From Candidatus Heimdallarchaeota archaeon (GTDB lineage Archaea > Asgardarchaeota > Heimdallarchaeia > JABLTI01), in the NCBI GenBank assembly GCA_019056785.1, contig DXJV01000062.1, positions 9,441 through 73,440 on the forward strand: a DNA stretch of 64,000 nucleotides, in the 5' to 3' direction. Positions within the stretch are counted from its first letter, which is position 1, and the number at the start of each line of letters is the position of its first letter. Below are positions 38,550-47,770 of this stretch, one piece after another. Both the position numbers and the translations under genes were made by a program. The notes below the pieces were generated by a model that saw nothing but the letters and a program-made list of their open reading frames with translations, made no database searches and had not been told where the DNA came from.

Positions 38550-40272
38550 TTTCTTTCCCTCTGTTTTCTAAGTAAAAAGTCGATGAGTATTGTTGTTCCT
38601 GTTGTTGTTATTCCCAGGCCGAAGCCGATAAGGGCGTTTCTTGCTACTATTCCTAAGATTGTTGGCTTTTCAAAAATAACGACCAGCACATCATCTGTCA
38701 CTTCTCCCCAGCCATCTCTGGCTTCGAAATGATAGGAGTAGTTTCCTAATTCAGGATGTTCTAAAGTGAATATTATGGGCTCATCTGTTACCCAATTCCC
38801 GCTTTGAAGCATTTCTCCGTTGTGATAGGTGACGTATTTTGGTTTTGTTACATTTCGGTCAGATACGGTCCATGATAAAATCTTTTGAGGGTCATTTAGA
38901 TAGAAATACGTAATATCTGTTGGTTTGTTAACAAATTGTAGAAATGGTGCAGGAGTTTTTCATGACCAATTGTATAGAAGATATCAATGTCGCTTTCTGA
39001 TCCTCCCAGATTAATTGTTCTATATCTTAATAGATGAGGTGGATTTTATCTTCTGAATCAATGGCCACTTCCGGGCGCTAAGGGTCATTAGAGCTGCTTG
39101 AGAGCACTTGATAGTTGCTCCATTCTTGTGCTGTACTATTATAGCTTCGATAAAAAATATCCTGGTTGGTTCCCGCATTTAAAATATCGGTTGTGTCGAA
39201 CCAGAAGGCATGAAGAATCTCTTTTGAGTCGAGGATTATTGTTGGGACATTTGAATTTCCATCACTTTGATCTGAAAACAAAGCTACACTCCCCCAGCTT
39301 TTTATTGTAGCATTCCAAATGCGATAGAAAATGTCGTCATCCAGTCTTGCCCCCAAAATATTCGAGCTATCAGTCCACACGATGAATTTATTGTTGGAAC
39401 TATCAATTGCGATTTTTCCTCATTCAGAGTCACTATTACTACTCGAGATAACTTCTGTTGTCCCCCACAACCCCGTTGTTAAACCGATAAAAGGTATCCA
39501 TATCTATTCCCGCACCTGCATAATCACCTGCATCTCCCTAGCAAATGTGGATATTATTATCCGCATCTATAGCCAAATCTGCAAACCTCTAGGTTTCATC
39601 GCTAATCGTTGAAATTGTTTCTGCTTCTGTCCATGTACCATTTACATACCTTACAGCAAAAAGGATGTCCTCATCTGGGCCATTTCCAAGATAATTGGTT
39701 ATATCTTGCCAGGCAACATAGACCTTCCCCTCTTTTGTTATCAAGTCACAGTCATACACCTCAGCAGTACTGTTAAAGGAAACTAATTCAATTGCTCCCC
39801 ATGTTTTTGTTGTTCCATTCCATAACCGATAAAAAATATCCGAATCGCTTCCCAAGCCGAGAATATTTATTTTGTCTTTCCAGATTATATGAACATTCCC
39901 CAACTCATCTGCAGCAATTCTAGGGTCAGTTGAGCCAAAGGTCCCTGAAGGCGAGAGCACAACTGTTTCTGACTATTTTGCTGAGGTGGCGTTCCAGTAT
40001 TTATAAAAAATGTCATTATCTGTTCCAGCCCCACCGAGATTCGTTATATCTTGCCAAACTATATGAATGCTGTTATTTGTATTAATTGCAATGTTAGGTC
40101 GTAAGGAACGTTCGGTGCTTTCATTTGAAATTACAATTGCGGTTGTCCAGATGAAAAGTTTTGGTTGCATCGACTCAAGAAGTTTCACCGTTCTTTCTTG
40201 AGCTGAAATTCCTATTGTCATTCCACTCCCAATTAAAACAACAATCAAAGTTGTCAGGAGAATTTTTCTCAT
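38546..40272 (-). pseudogene. Degraded BNR/sialidase-like beta-propeller surface protein
   Basis: Repeats 'P.IA.D...IHI.W.D......G.D.DIFYR.WN.T...W' interrupted by several in-frame stops and frameshifts; signal peptide at 40272; TM at the 3' end. Confidence 0.85.
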
Positions 40273-40544
40273 TTGACTCTTTTTTTGGGGGACATAACTG
40301 TTAACCCTTTCTAAAGTTAATAAATTTTCCAATTTAATTATCAAGTATGAAGTCGTTTTTTATGTTTGATTTTCTTGCCAATTCTATATGGCAGTTCACA
40401 TTTGACCTCTATCAGTGTCTGGAGAAAAGCATACTCTGATTATGTGGGAAATATTTATTAAAAAAAGAACTGTTTTCTTCAAAAGAATTTGGGAAAAAGT
40501 CATATTCTCCAAAATAATTATTTTGTGTAGAGGAGATCACTCAT

Positions 40545-42011
40545 TTGTTGCGGCCAAGCAGTTTGATTGAACCAACGAAAATAACTCCCAAACCGGAACG
40601 TATTGCTTCCCTTGACTTCCAGAGAGGGCTTGCTATTTGGATTATGACTTTCTTACATACTTTTGAGCATGTCTATAATTATAATTGGGTCAAAGAAAAC
40701 CCTGAACAAATTTTCTCACTTCCTAAAATTGTCATTTTCATTGGGTTATTTGTTGGCTTTTTTGCCAGTTGGAATGCCTATTTTTTGCTTATTTCTTCCG
40801 TGGTCAATTCTCTGTCGATGACTAAAAAAGCTGCAAATGGTGTCCCCCCAAAACGCATTTTAAGAAAACAATTAGTTACGGGTTTTAGCATCCTTCTCAT
40901 TGGTTACCTGGACAACTGTTTTGGTTATGCCGGTTATTTTGGTCTTTCTATTCGTACCGGTGATTGGTCTAATTTCTATCCCATGTGGAGTGGTTTTTTT
41001 GCCATGTATACTTTGCAAATAATCGGCTTTTCGATGATTATTAATGGGATCATTCATTATTTTCTCATACGTAATGGCGGTCATAAGAAATTTAGAAGGA
41101 ATATGCTTACTTACTTTTTCCTTGCTCTTTTTATCATTATTCTCAGTCCATTTGTTCATCACTGGGTAGATAACATGCCCTGGGAGCCCCTAAAATACCT
41201 CCCCCCAGAAATAGGCTTGGGAGACCACCAAAACTGGCCCAGTATTCATTTCCAAGCGAGTAATGCTTCTTTTAAAGGCTGGCTCATGACTTTGTTTGCA
41301 GGCGATTATGAACCTCTTTTTCCCTTTCTTGCAACCTCTTTTGCCGGTTCAATGGTAGGACTTGCTCTAGCTCAACCAAAGCCGTATCGCCGGTTACCTT
41401 TAATGGGTGGTGTCATTTCTTTTGGGTTGATGACGCTGGGAGTGATTTTCATTACAGCTGGTTTTATCACACTCGGGAACAATCGTCCTGCTTTGGGAAA
41501 CTTTTTACTCATGCTTGGAGGACAGCTTGGGGTGATTTTTTTGTTACTTGGACTAGTTGAATACCGTGGCAGAGGAGAGAAATTTGCAAACCGCCGCATT
41601 GTGAAACATTTACGCCTTTGGGGGATGATCTCTCTTTCAATTTATGTTCTTGCAATTTTTGATCTCTTTCCCCGGTGGTGTTTAAGTGCTATATACAATC
41701 TTATCTATTCCTCTAACATAAACCTCATGCAATCATCTCTCTTCGGTTATGGAAAGGAATTACAAGCTCTTGGAGTGGCTGTTTTCGTAATTTTTACTTA
41801 TGAGCTTCTTGTCTATCTCTGGTCAAAAAATGATTTCAAATATAGTTTCGAATGGTTTGTGATCCAGTTACAAACTCTTGGTTCAGCAATTGTTTCTTCA
41901 CGGTTAAATGTTGATCTAATTATCAATCAAACTCATTGGATTAATTATAAACTAAAGGTTAGTTCTCCTTCTGAGTTGCCTACTGATAAATTGTTAATTA
42001 ATGATAGCTGA
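40545..42011 (+). CDS. HGSNAT/DUF1624-like membrane acyltransferase
   Basis: 'RIASLDFQRGLAIWIM..H', 'PLFPFL', 'G..SLSIYV'; about 10 TMs. Confidence 0.7.
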   Translation: MLRPSSLIEPTKITPKPERIASLDFQRGLAIWIMTFLHTFEHVYNYNWVKENPEQIFSLPKIVIFIGLFVGFFASWNAYFLLISSVVNSLSMTKKAANGVPPKRILRKQLVTGFSILLIGYLDNCFGYAGYFGLSIRTGDWSNFYPMWSGFFAMYTLQIIGFSMIINGIIHYFLIRNGGHKKFRRNMLTYFFLALFIIILSPFVHHWVDNMPWEPLKYLPPEIGLGDHQNWPSIHFQASNASFKGWLMTLFAGDYEPLFPFLATSFAGSMVGLALAQPKPYRRLPLMGGVISFGLMTLGVIFITAGFITLGNNRPALGNFLLMLGGQLGVIFLLLGLVEYRGRGEKFANRRIVKHLRLWGMISLSIYVLAIFDLFPRWCLSAIYNLIYSSNINLMQSSLFGYGKELQALGVAVFVIFTYELLVYLWSKNDFKYSFEWFVIQLQTLGSAIVSSRLNVDLIINQTHWINYKLKVSSPSELPTDKLLINDS

Positions 42012-42194
42012 TGGGACTTGCGAGTTTTTTTAATGCTCGGCAGTTTTGCTATAATCTCAGCTTTTTTTCGCTAGTGGTTTTTTAGTATTTAAATTTAAGT
42101 GAAAATAAAGCGAAATCTCTCGTATCAAAATAGCTTCTATAAAAGCCAAATGCTTAAAATTTTGAACATCTACCTTTTATTGTAGGTAAGAAAA

Positions 42195-43295
42195 ATGCCA
42201 TCTCAACAACGCCCTTGTTTACGCTCTCTCGGTTTTTCTGTTGGTTTGTTGCCACCTGGAACTTTGAATGCCATTACTGATGTTCCTGGAGTTTTAGTTG
42301 GGCATTCAACCATAATCGAAGGTGAGGGGAAGCTTGTTCCTGGTAAGGGGCCTATACGCACCGGTGTTACTGTAATCCTCCCGCATTCAGAAAACATTTA
42401 CCGGCAAAAGGTTCCGGCAAGTTCATTCGTTTTAAATGGCTACGGTAAAACTATTGGGTTAGTGCAAATTGAGGAGCTTGGATATCTCGAGTCAATCATT
42501 GCATTAACAAACACTCTTAATGTCCCATTGGTGGCTAATGCTCTCATCGATTATCATCTCGAAACCAATCCGGACATTGGTATTAACACTTCTTCTATTA
42601 ATGTTGTTGTGGCAGAATGTAATGATGGTTATCTAAATGACATTCAAGGCAGGCATGTGAAAAAAGCGCATGTTTTTGAAGCCATTAAAAATGCTTCTCA
42701 AATTGTTACTGAGGGTGCTGTGGGGGCAGGCACTGGCATGAGTGCTTTTGGTTTTAAAGGAGGGATAGGCACGGCATCAAGAATTGTTTCTACTCATGAG
42801 GATCAATTCATTCTGGGCGTTCTTGTTCTCACAAACTTTGGTCGGAAAAAGGATTTACTGTTTCTTGGGCATCGGTTCCTTGAACTTTTATCACCACCGG
42901 TTACTGATGATAATTTTAATGCTCCTGCTGGTTCTATCATCGTCGTACTTGCTACTAATGCTCCCTTAACCTCGAGACAATTAAAACGACTTGCCAAACG
43001 CATTCCCTTAGGGATAGCCCGAACCGGTGGGATGGCTGCCCATTACTCGGGTGATATAATAATTGCTTTTTCAACAGCAAATAAACTACTTCATGATTCT
43101 GATGAGATCTTTAAAACTTTAACAATCGTTCGTGACTCGAGTAAATTGTTTGGTGAGCTACTGCAGGCAGCTGTGGAAGCTACAGAAGAAGCCATTCTTA
43201 ATTCGCTCTTAAAGGCACAAACTATTGTCGGAAGGGATGGACACCAAAAAACTGCTCTCCCACTTAATGTTCTTCAGCAGTTAAAAGAAAAATAA
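42195..43295 (+). CDS. dmpA: P1 family (S58) L-aminopeptidase/D-amidase
   Basis: 'NAITDVPGVLVGHST', 'GAVGAGTGM..FGFKGGIGTASR', autocleavage GS in 'GSII'. Confidence 0.9.
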   Translation: MPSQQRPCLRSLGFSVGLLPPGTLNAITDVPGVLVGHSTIIEGEGKLVPGKGPIRTGVTVILPHSENIYRQKVPASSFVLNGYGKTIGLVQIEELGYLESIIALTNTLNVPLVANALIDYHLETNPDIGINTSSINVVVAECNDGYLNDIQGRHVKKAHVFEAIKNASQIVTEGAVGAGTGMSAFGFKGGIGTASRIVSTHEDQFILGVLVLTNFGRKKDLLFLGHRFLELLSPPVTDDNFNAPAGSIIVVLATNAPLTSRQLKRLAKRIPLGIARTGGMAAHYSGDIIIAFSTANKLLHDSDEIFKTLTIVRDSSKLFGELLQAAVEATEEAILNSLLKAQTIVGRDGHQKTALPLNVLQQLKEK

Positions 43296-43339
43296 TCATT
43301 CGTTAAAAGACTTATAAAATGGATCGCTCTGAGAAAGCA

Positions 43340-43570
43340 TTATACTTCTACGACAAGAATAATCTCTACTGGGCATTCTTCTTCTGCTTGTTTTGCTAAG
43401 TCAATTTTGTCGTCGTCAAAAGTTCCTTTCGATATTTCTGCGGTTGTTTCGCCATTAATTACTTGTGAAATGCCATTATTGTCGGATTCGAAATGACTTG
43501 GGTCAACATTCCAGCAGTTGCCGCATTGAATACACTCTGCTCTTTTAATTACGATCTGGTATTTGGTCAT
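43340..43570 (-). CDS. Single-cluster ferredoxin
   Basis: CIQCGNC...CPV. Confidence 0.9.
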   Translation of the reverse strand: MTKYQIVIKRAECIQCGNCWNVDPSHFESDNNGISQVINGETTAEISKGTFDDDKIDLAKQAEEECPVEIILVVEV

Positions 43571-43648
43571 TACTTCTCCTCAGTTGTTTATATTCGCCCA
43601 ATCAGCCATTTTTTCTTTATCAGGAGGAATGTTCGTAAATGGATGCGG

Positions 43649-44308
43649 TTAATTATTCAAAAATTTCACAATGACCTTTTTCACATCTTTTCGATGCTCA
43701 ATTTTCTCTTGTATCTCTTTTTTGACATTATTAGCAAATTGATGATCTTCAGGCAAGTCGACCGTTATTTCGATAATTTTCCCATCACTGCCATTTTTAA
43801 TTGAGATATTCGAGATAAGGTTTGTTCGAATAACATCAAGACCTGTTAAGGGATTCATTACATGCCGTAATCGCCGTTTTACGACTTCTTCCGTTGTCGG
43901 TTCGACCTCGTGAATGATGCCGTGGCGTTCTTCATAGTTTCGTATTGCTTCTCGTAATGAGGAGACCGCTAAAACAGAACAATGTGCTTTCACTGCTGGA
44001 AGACCGCCTAATTCTTCTGAGGCAGATTTCCAGGAAATTTTCTTGGCTTCATCTATTGTTTTGCCTTTTGCCATTTCTGTAATTATCGAACCGGTAGCGA
44101 TATTAGACGCGCAGCCATAGCTTTTGAATTTAATGTCCGTGATTCGTTTTGTTTTCTCATCGACTTTTAAAGTCAGTTGGACCATATCACCACATGCAGG
44201 GCTTCCTTCTATGGCCTTTCCATCGGGGTTCTCAATTTCCCCAACGTTTCTAGGGTTTTTGAAATGCTCTAAAACTTTTTTGGTGTAAGGTAGTTTTATC
44301 TTACTCAT
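43649..44308 (-). CDS. iscU: IscU/NifU-N scaffold fused to a C-terminal DUF59-like domain
   Basis: 'HFKNPRNVG', 'GSPACGD', 'YGCAS', 'LPAVKAHCS'; then 'VKRRLRHVMNPLTGLDVIRTNLI' DUF59-like segment. Confidence 0.85.
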   Translation of the reverse strand: MSKIKLPYTKKVLEHFKNPRNVGEIENPDGKAIEGSPACGDMVQLTLKVDEKTKRITDIKFKSYGCASNIATGSIITEMAKGKTIDEAKKISWKSASEELGGLPAVKAHCSVLAVSSLREAIRNYEERHGIIHEVEPTTEEVVKRRLRHVMNPLTGLDVIRTNLISNISIKNGSDGKIIEITVDLPEDHQFANNVKKEIQEKIEHRKDVKKVIVKFLNN

Positions 44309-44313
44309 TCCTC

Positions 44314-45477
44314 CTATTTGTTGCTAAGCGGACTTATTTCTCTTAAATTTTTTACTATTTCTGATATAATTTCTACTACTTTATCTACTTCTTTTTGCTT
44401 ATTAAATCGTCCGAAAGTGAATCTAATTGACCCATGGGCTCGTTCATGGTCGCCACCAATGCCCATAATCACATGACTTGCCTCTAGGGATTTACTGAAG
44501 CAAGCTGAGCCGGTGCTTACAGCAATGCCATGCATATCAAGGTGTAAAGTTATTGATTCTCCTTCTACGAAATGGAATGTAATATTGGCATTTTGTGGCG
44601 TTCGCTTCGTTCGGTGGCCATTGAGTGTGACATCCGGCACTTGTTTAAAGACTTTGTCAATCAATCTATCTCGAAGTTGTTTTAACCGTTCATTTTCTTC
44701 TGCAGTTATCAATTCTACTGCTTTTGCGAAGCCAACTGCACCTGGTATATTCTCAACACCTGGACGAAGGTTGAATTCTTGAAAGCCACCATCTAAGTGT
44801 TTTTTAATGGGAGTGTTTTTCCGCACAAAGAGGGCTCCAATTCCCCGGGGTCCGTGGATGGTATGAGCCGAGAGAGTTAAAAGATCGACGGGGAGTTTTT
44901 CAATATTAATCGCCACTCGGCCAAAAGTGTGTGTGGCATCTGAATGGAACAAGACTTTTTTCTCTTGACTAATCTCTGCGATAGCTTGTATATTTTGCAG
45001 GGTTCCAATTTCTTGATTAGCGTGTTGGATAGAAATTAGCACCGTTTCAGGAGTGATCGCATTTTGTAATGCTTCCAGATCAATGAACCCCTCACCATCA
45101 ACAGGCAGATAGGTCGCCTTATATCCCTCGCGTTCTAATGCCTTCGCAGAATTAAGGACCGGAAAGTCTTCAATAGTTGAAACAATAATATGTTTGCCTT
45201 TTTTCTTATTTGCCCGGAGCACGCCTTTTATTGCCAGATTACTGGACTCCGTGCTCCCTGAGGTGAAGACAATTTCTTCTGCTGTTGCTTCGAGTTTTTT
45301 TGCAATTTTTTCTCTTGAATCATCTAACGCTTCTCGTGCTTCTATGCCTAAGGTATAAGCGAATTCCGAGGTAGCCACAGCATAGGTATCAAAATAATAC
45401 TGTTTCATTGCTTCTAATACTCGTTCATCAAGGCGTGTGCTTGCTGAATTGTCTAAATAAATTAATTCATTTGCCAT
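44314..45477 (-). CDS. iscS: IscS-like cysteine desulfurase homolog lacking the PLP lysine
   Basis: IYLDNSAST, FTSGSTES and STGSAC are present, but SAHTIHGPRG replaces SxHKxxGPKG. Confidence 0.85.
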   Translation of the reverse strand: MANELIYLDNSASTRLDERVLEAMKQYYFDTYAVATSEFAYTLGIEAREALDDSREKIAKKLEATAEEIVFTSGSTESSNLAIKGVLRANKKKGKHIIVSTIEDFPVLNSAKALEREGYKATYLPVDGEGFIDLEALQNAITPETVLISIQHANQEIGTLQNIQAIAEISQEKKVLFHSDATHTFGRVAINIEKLPVDLLTLSAHTIHGPRGIGALFVRKNTPIKKHLDGGFQEFNLRPGVENIPGAVGFAKAVELITAEENERLKQLRDRLIDKVFKQVPDVTLNGHRTKRTPQNANITFHFVEGESITLHLDMHGIAVSTGSACFSKSLEASHVIMGIGGDHERAHGSIRFTFGRFNKQKEVDKVVEIISEIVKNLREISPLSNK

Positions 45478-45533
45478 TTTTTCATCATCTCATTCATTAT
45501 CTTTGAACAGTATGCAGGGTGATTCCTTCGATC

Positions 45534-45908
45534 TTAGGCATAGACCCCTACAGAACAGCATTCAGTTATTACCTTTTCGCTTAAATCTTCTTTTTTTAGC
45601 ATTATAATTTCCAAAATCATGTCTTTAGTGAATGTTTTTTCCTGAAGTCCCTTAAAGTCAACTAATTGGTGTCCAACAAGTGGATTATTTGCTTTAATTG
45701 TCTCCAAGCTAATTGTCAATTCTCCAACTCCTGCCAACTTCTGAAAGTCTAATTTTTGGCTAAGGGGGGCTTTTAATGTAATAACTTCGTCAAGAGAAAC
45801 GTTTCGCATGGCTTTATTTGCTTCCGGAAGTAGTGGCAGACAAGTTGCTCCTAAACGATTGTCTCTTACTGTTTTTTTGGCTCCGATATTAACCATGATT
45901 GGTTTCAC
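45534..45908 (-). CDS. Divergent TusA-like sulfur-carrier protein (putative)
   Basis: 'DNRLGATCLPLLPEANKAMRNVSLDEVITL' resembles the TusA N-terminus; C-terminal ECCSVGVYA. Confidence 0.45.
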   Translation of the reverse strand: MKPIMVNIGAKKTVRDNRLGATCLPLLPEANKAMRNVSLDEVITLKAPLSQKLDFQKLAGVGELTISLETIKANNPLVGHQLVDFKGLQEKTFTKDMILEIIMLKKEDLSEKVITECCSVGVYA

Positions 45909-46108
45909 ACATTATAACATCTGCCTTTTTAAGATATGAATAAATCCCATTAAAAACTAATCTTTTGAAGAAATGAAACTTCAGAGTCTTAAATTTGAAT
46001 TAGAATAAATGAGAGTGGAGTTTCTGTGGAAGACTCGATCTTTTGAAGTTGGTTTTCAGCATTTATATAGATTTAAATAAATCTTTGTTGTTTTACTAAT
46101 TAACCGGA

Positions 46109-47311
46109 GTGTTTGAGAGTGATGTTGACATGCTAAAGCTTAGGAAAAAAGTTTTGAATATTCTTGTTCTTTTCATTATTATTTACAATTTTAGTTTATA
46201 TGATGCTTTGGGGAAGAATAGTGCCTTACTTTTAGAAGAGGAACCATTGGAAGTTCCAATCGGTAATTTCACAAATTTTAATTTAATTTTTGATAATGAT
46301 AAAATTACCAGTATAAATTCCATTTCACAAATTTATTTCCAAGGTGGAGATATCCCTTCGTTCTATGCCGGCCCTCCTGTTAATTGGTTTTCTCCGGAGA
46401 AATACTTGCTCAGTCTCGAGTCGCTTGTGGGTAACTGCAGCACCTTCACGGTCCAATTTAAAATTGATTATTATTTTCCAAATGAAACGGGAATTACTAG
46501 ATTCATTATTTCCTTAGAGTCAAAGTATAATAATAAAGGGGAAAACATCCCGACCGAATTTTTATCAATTGATCAAACTTATAATAGCATCCGTATGCAA
46601 ACTGTCAAAGTTTTGGAACGTGTGAAATATTTTCACTTGTCTTCTCCCATAAACGGTTCTTTTATTTTCAAAATTCAGAAAACAGCCAAGACGCTTAGCT
46701 GCTCTTTTTGGGACAGTGATATACAGGTCACAAAAACAAGGAAATGGTCTTCTGGTAATTATTATCTTCCACTCCATAATTTTACTTTTGCTTTCTATTC
46801 CAAGACTGTGGATAATTCCTTGGTTATTTCTGAGATAAATGGAACTGTTGTTTCAGAGAATCTTGATTGGCAATTTTTACGAAAGATGGCGCTGATGTAT
46901 ACTACACTGGAAGCAGTAGCGGTTGCAATTATTATTCTTTTAATATTCTCGTTTTGGATCAGTAAAATCATTATGAAAAATCGCGCAGAAGCTCGAGCAA
47001 GGAGAGAGAACAAAATCGATTTTCAGAAATATATTCAACGAATAAAAACTGCTACACAAAGAGCCAAACAACGCAAAGCTGAGTTATCTGCTGAAGAACT
47101 CGCTTCTTTAACCCCCACTGTTTTTGAAGGTGTGCTAGAAGAGGGCGAAATTTGCATGATTTGTAAAATCCGGCTAAGAAAAGATAAAGAAATCCTGCAA
47201 TGTCCACTTTGTGGTTCACTCTTCCATAAAGAGCATTTGTTAGAATGGTTAACCGAAAAGGATTCGTGTCCTGTCTGTAAGGAACTTTTGAAACAAAAAA
47301 ATGATCACTGA
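46109..47311 (+). CDS. Single-pass membrane protein with cytoplasmic RING finger (putative E3 ligase)
   Basis: Signal peptide, ectodomain, TM, basic coiled coil, CMIC-x12-CPLC-x4-HxxH-xxEW-x6-CPVC. Confidence 0.8.
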   Translation: MFESDVDMLKLRKKVLNILVLFIIIYNFSLYDALGKNSALLLEEEPLEVPIGNFTNFNLIFDNDKITSINSISQIYFQGGDIPSFYAGPPVNWFSPEKYLLSLESLVGNCSTFTVQFKIDYYFPNETGITRFIISLESKYNNKGENIPTEFLSIDQTYNSIRMQTVKVLERVKYFHLSSPINGSFIFKIQKTAKTLSCSFWDSDIQVTKTRKWSSGNYYLPLHNFTFAFYSKTVDNSLVISEINGTVVSENLDWQFLRKMALMYTTLEAVAVAIIILLIFSFWISKIIMKNRAEARARRENKIDFQKYIQRIKTATQRAKQRKAELSAEELASLTPTVFEGVLEEGEICMICKIRLRKDKEILQCPLCGSLFHKEHLLEWLTEKDSCPVCKELLKQKNDH

Positions 47312-47362
47312 AAAATTGCGATGAGCTAATAAGAGGTGGATAGCTCAGGAAGGGTTTAAATC

Positions 47363-47614
47363 TCACCCCTCTTTTTTAAGAGGGATTCGAATGCGAATGA
47401 TCCATTCATTCCCTTTCTCTTCTACACTCAACAATTCGAGTTTTAAGGCTTTGACGGCCATAGGGATTTCTTTTTTAGAGGGAGGATGGTCACCATGAAC
47501 TTCGATGATGTCTCCTGGCGAAGCTTTCCGGATTGCATTGCGTGTTGCTACCAATGGAATGGGGCATGGTTGGCCTTTGCTATTAACAATGTATGTTTTA
47601 CTGTTAGCAGTCAT
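47363..47614 (-). CDS. tusA: TusA/SirA family sulfurtransferase
   Basis: 'NSKGQPCPIPLVATRNAIRKASPGDIIEV'. Confidence 0.85.
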   Translation of the reverse strand: MTANSKTYIVNSKGQPCPIPLVATRNAIRKASPGDIIEVHGDHPPSKKEIPMAVKALKLELLSVEEKGNEWIIRIRIPLKKEG

Positions 47615-47770
47615 CTTCGTTCTCCATGTGCTACTTTAGTCAGTTCTCGTTTTTTAATTGCTTTCCTTATAAAGTAAACTTTGATTTTGTTTTTACTTTA
47701 TCTTTATTCTTATAAGTGATTATCAGGCAATCTGATTTCGTATTTTTTATTTTGTTTGGTTAATAACCTT

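Noticed and set aside
38546-40272. Repeated in-frame TAG suggesting stop-codon reassignment or pyrrolysine
   Set aside because: The TAGs align with different residues in the repeats (Trp and probably Ser), co-occur with TGA and frameshifts, and TAG ends intact genes elsewhere (25259, 55989). This is a pseudogene.
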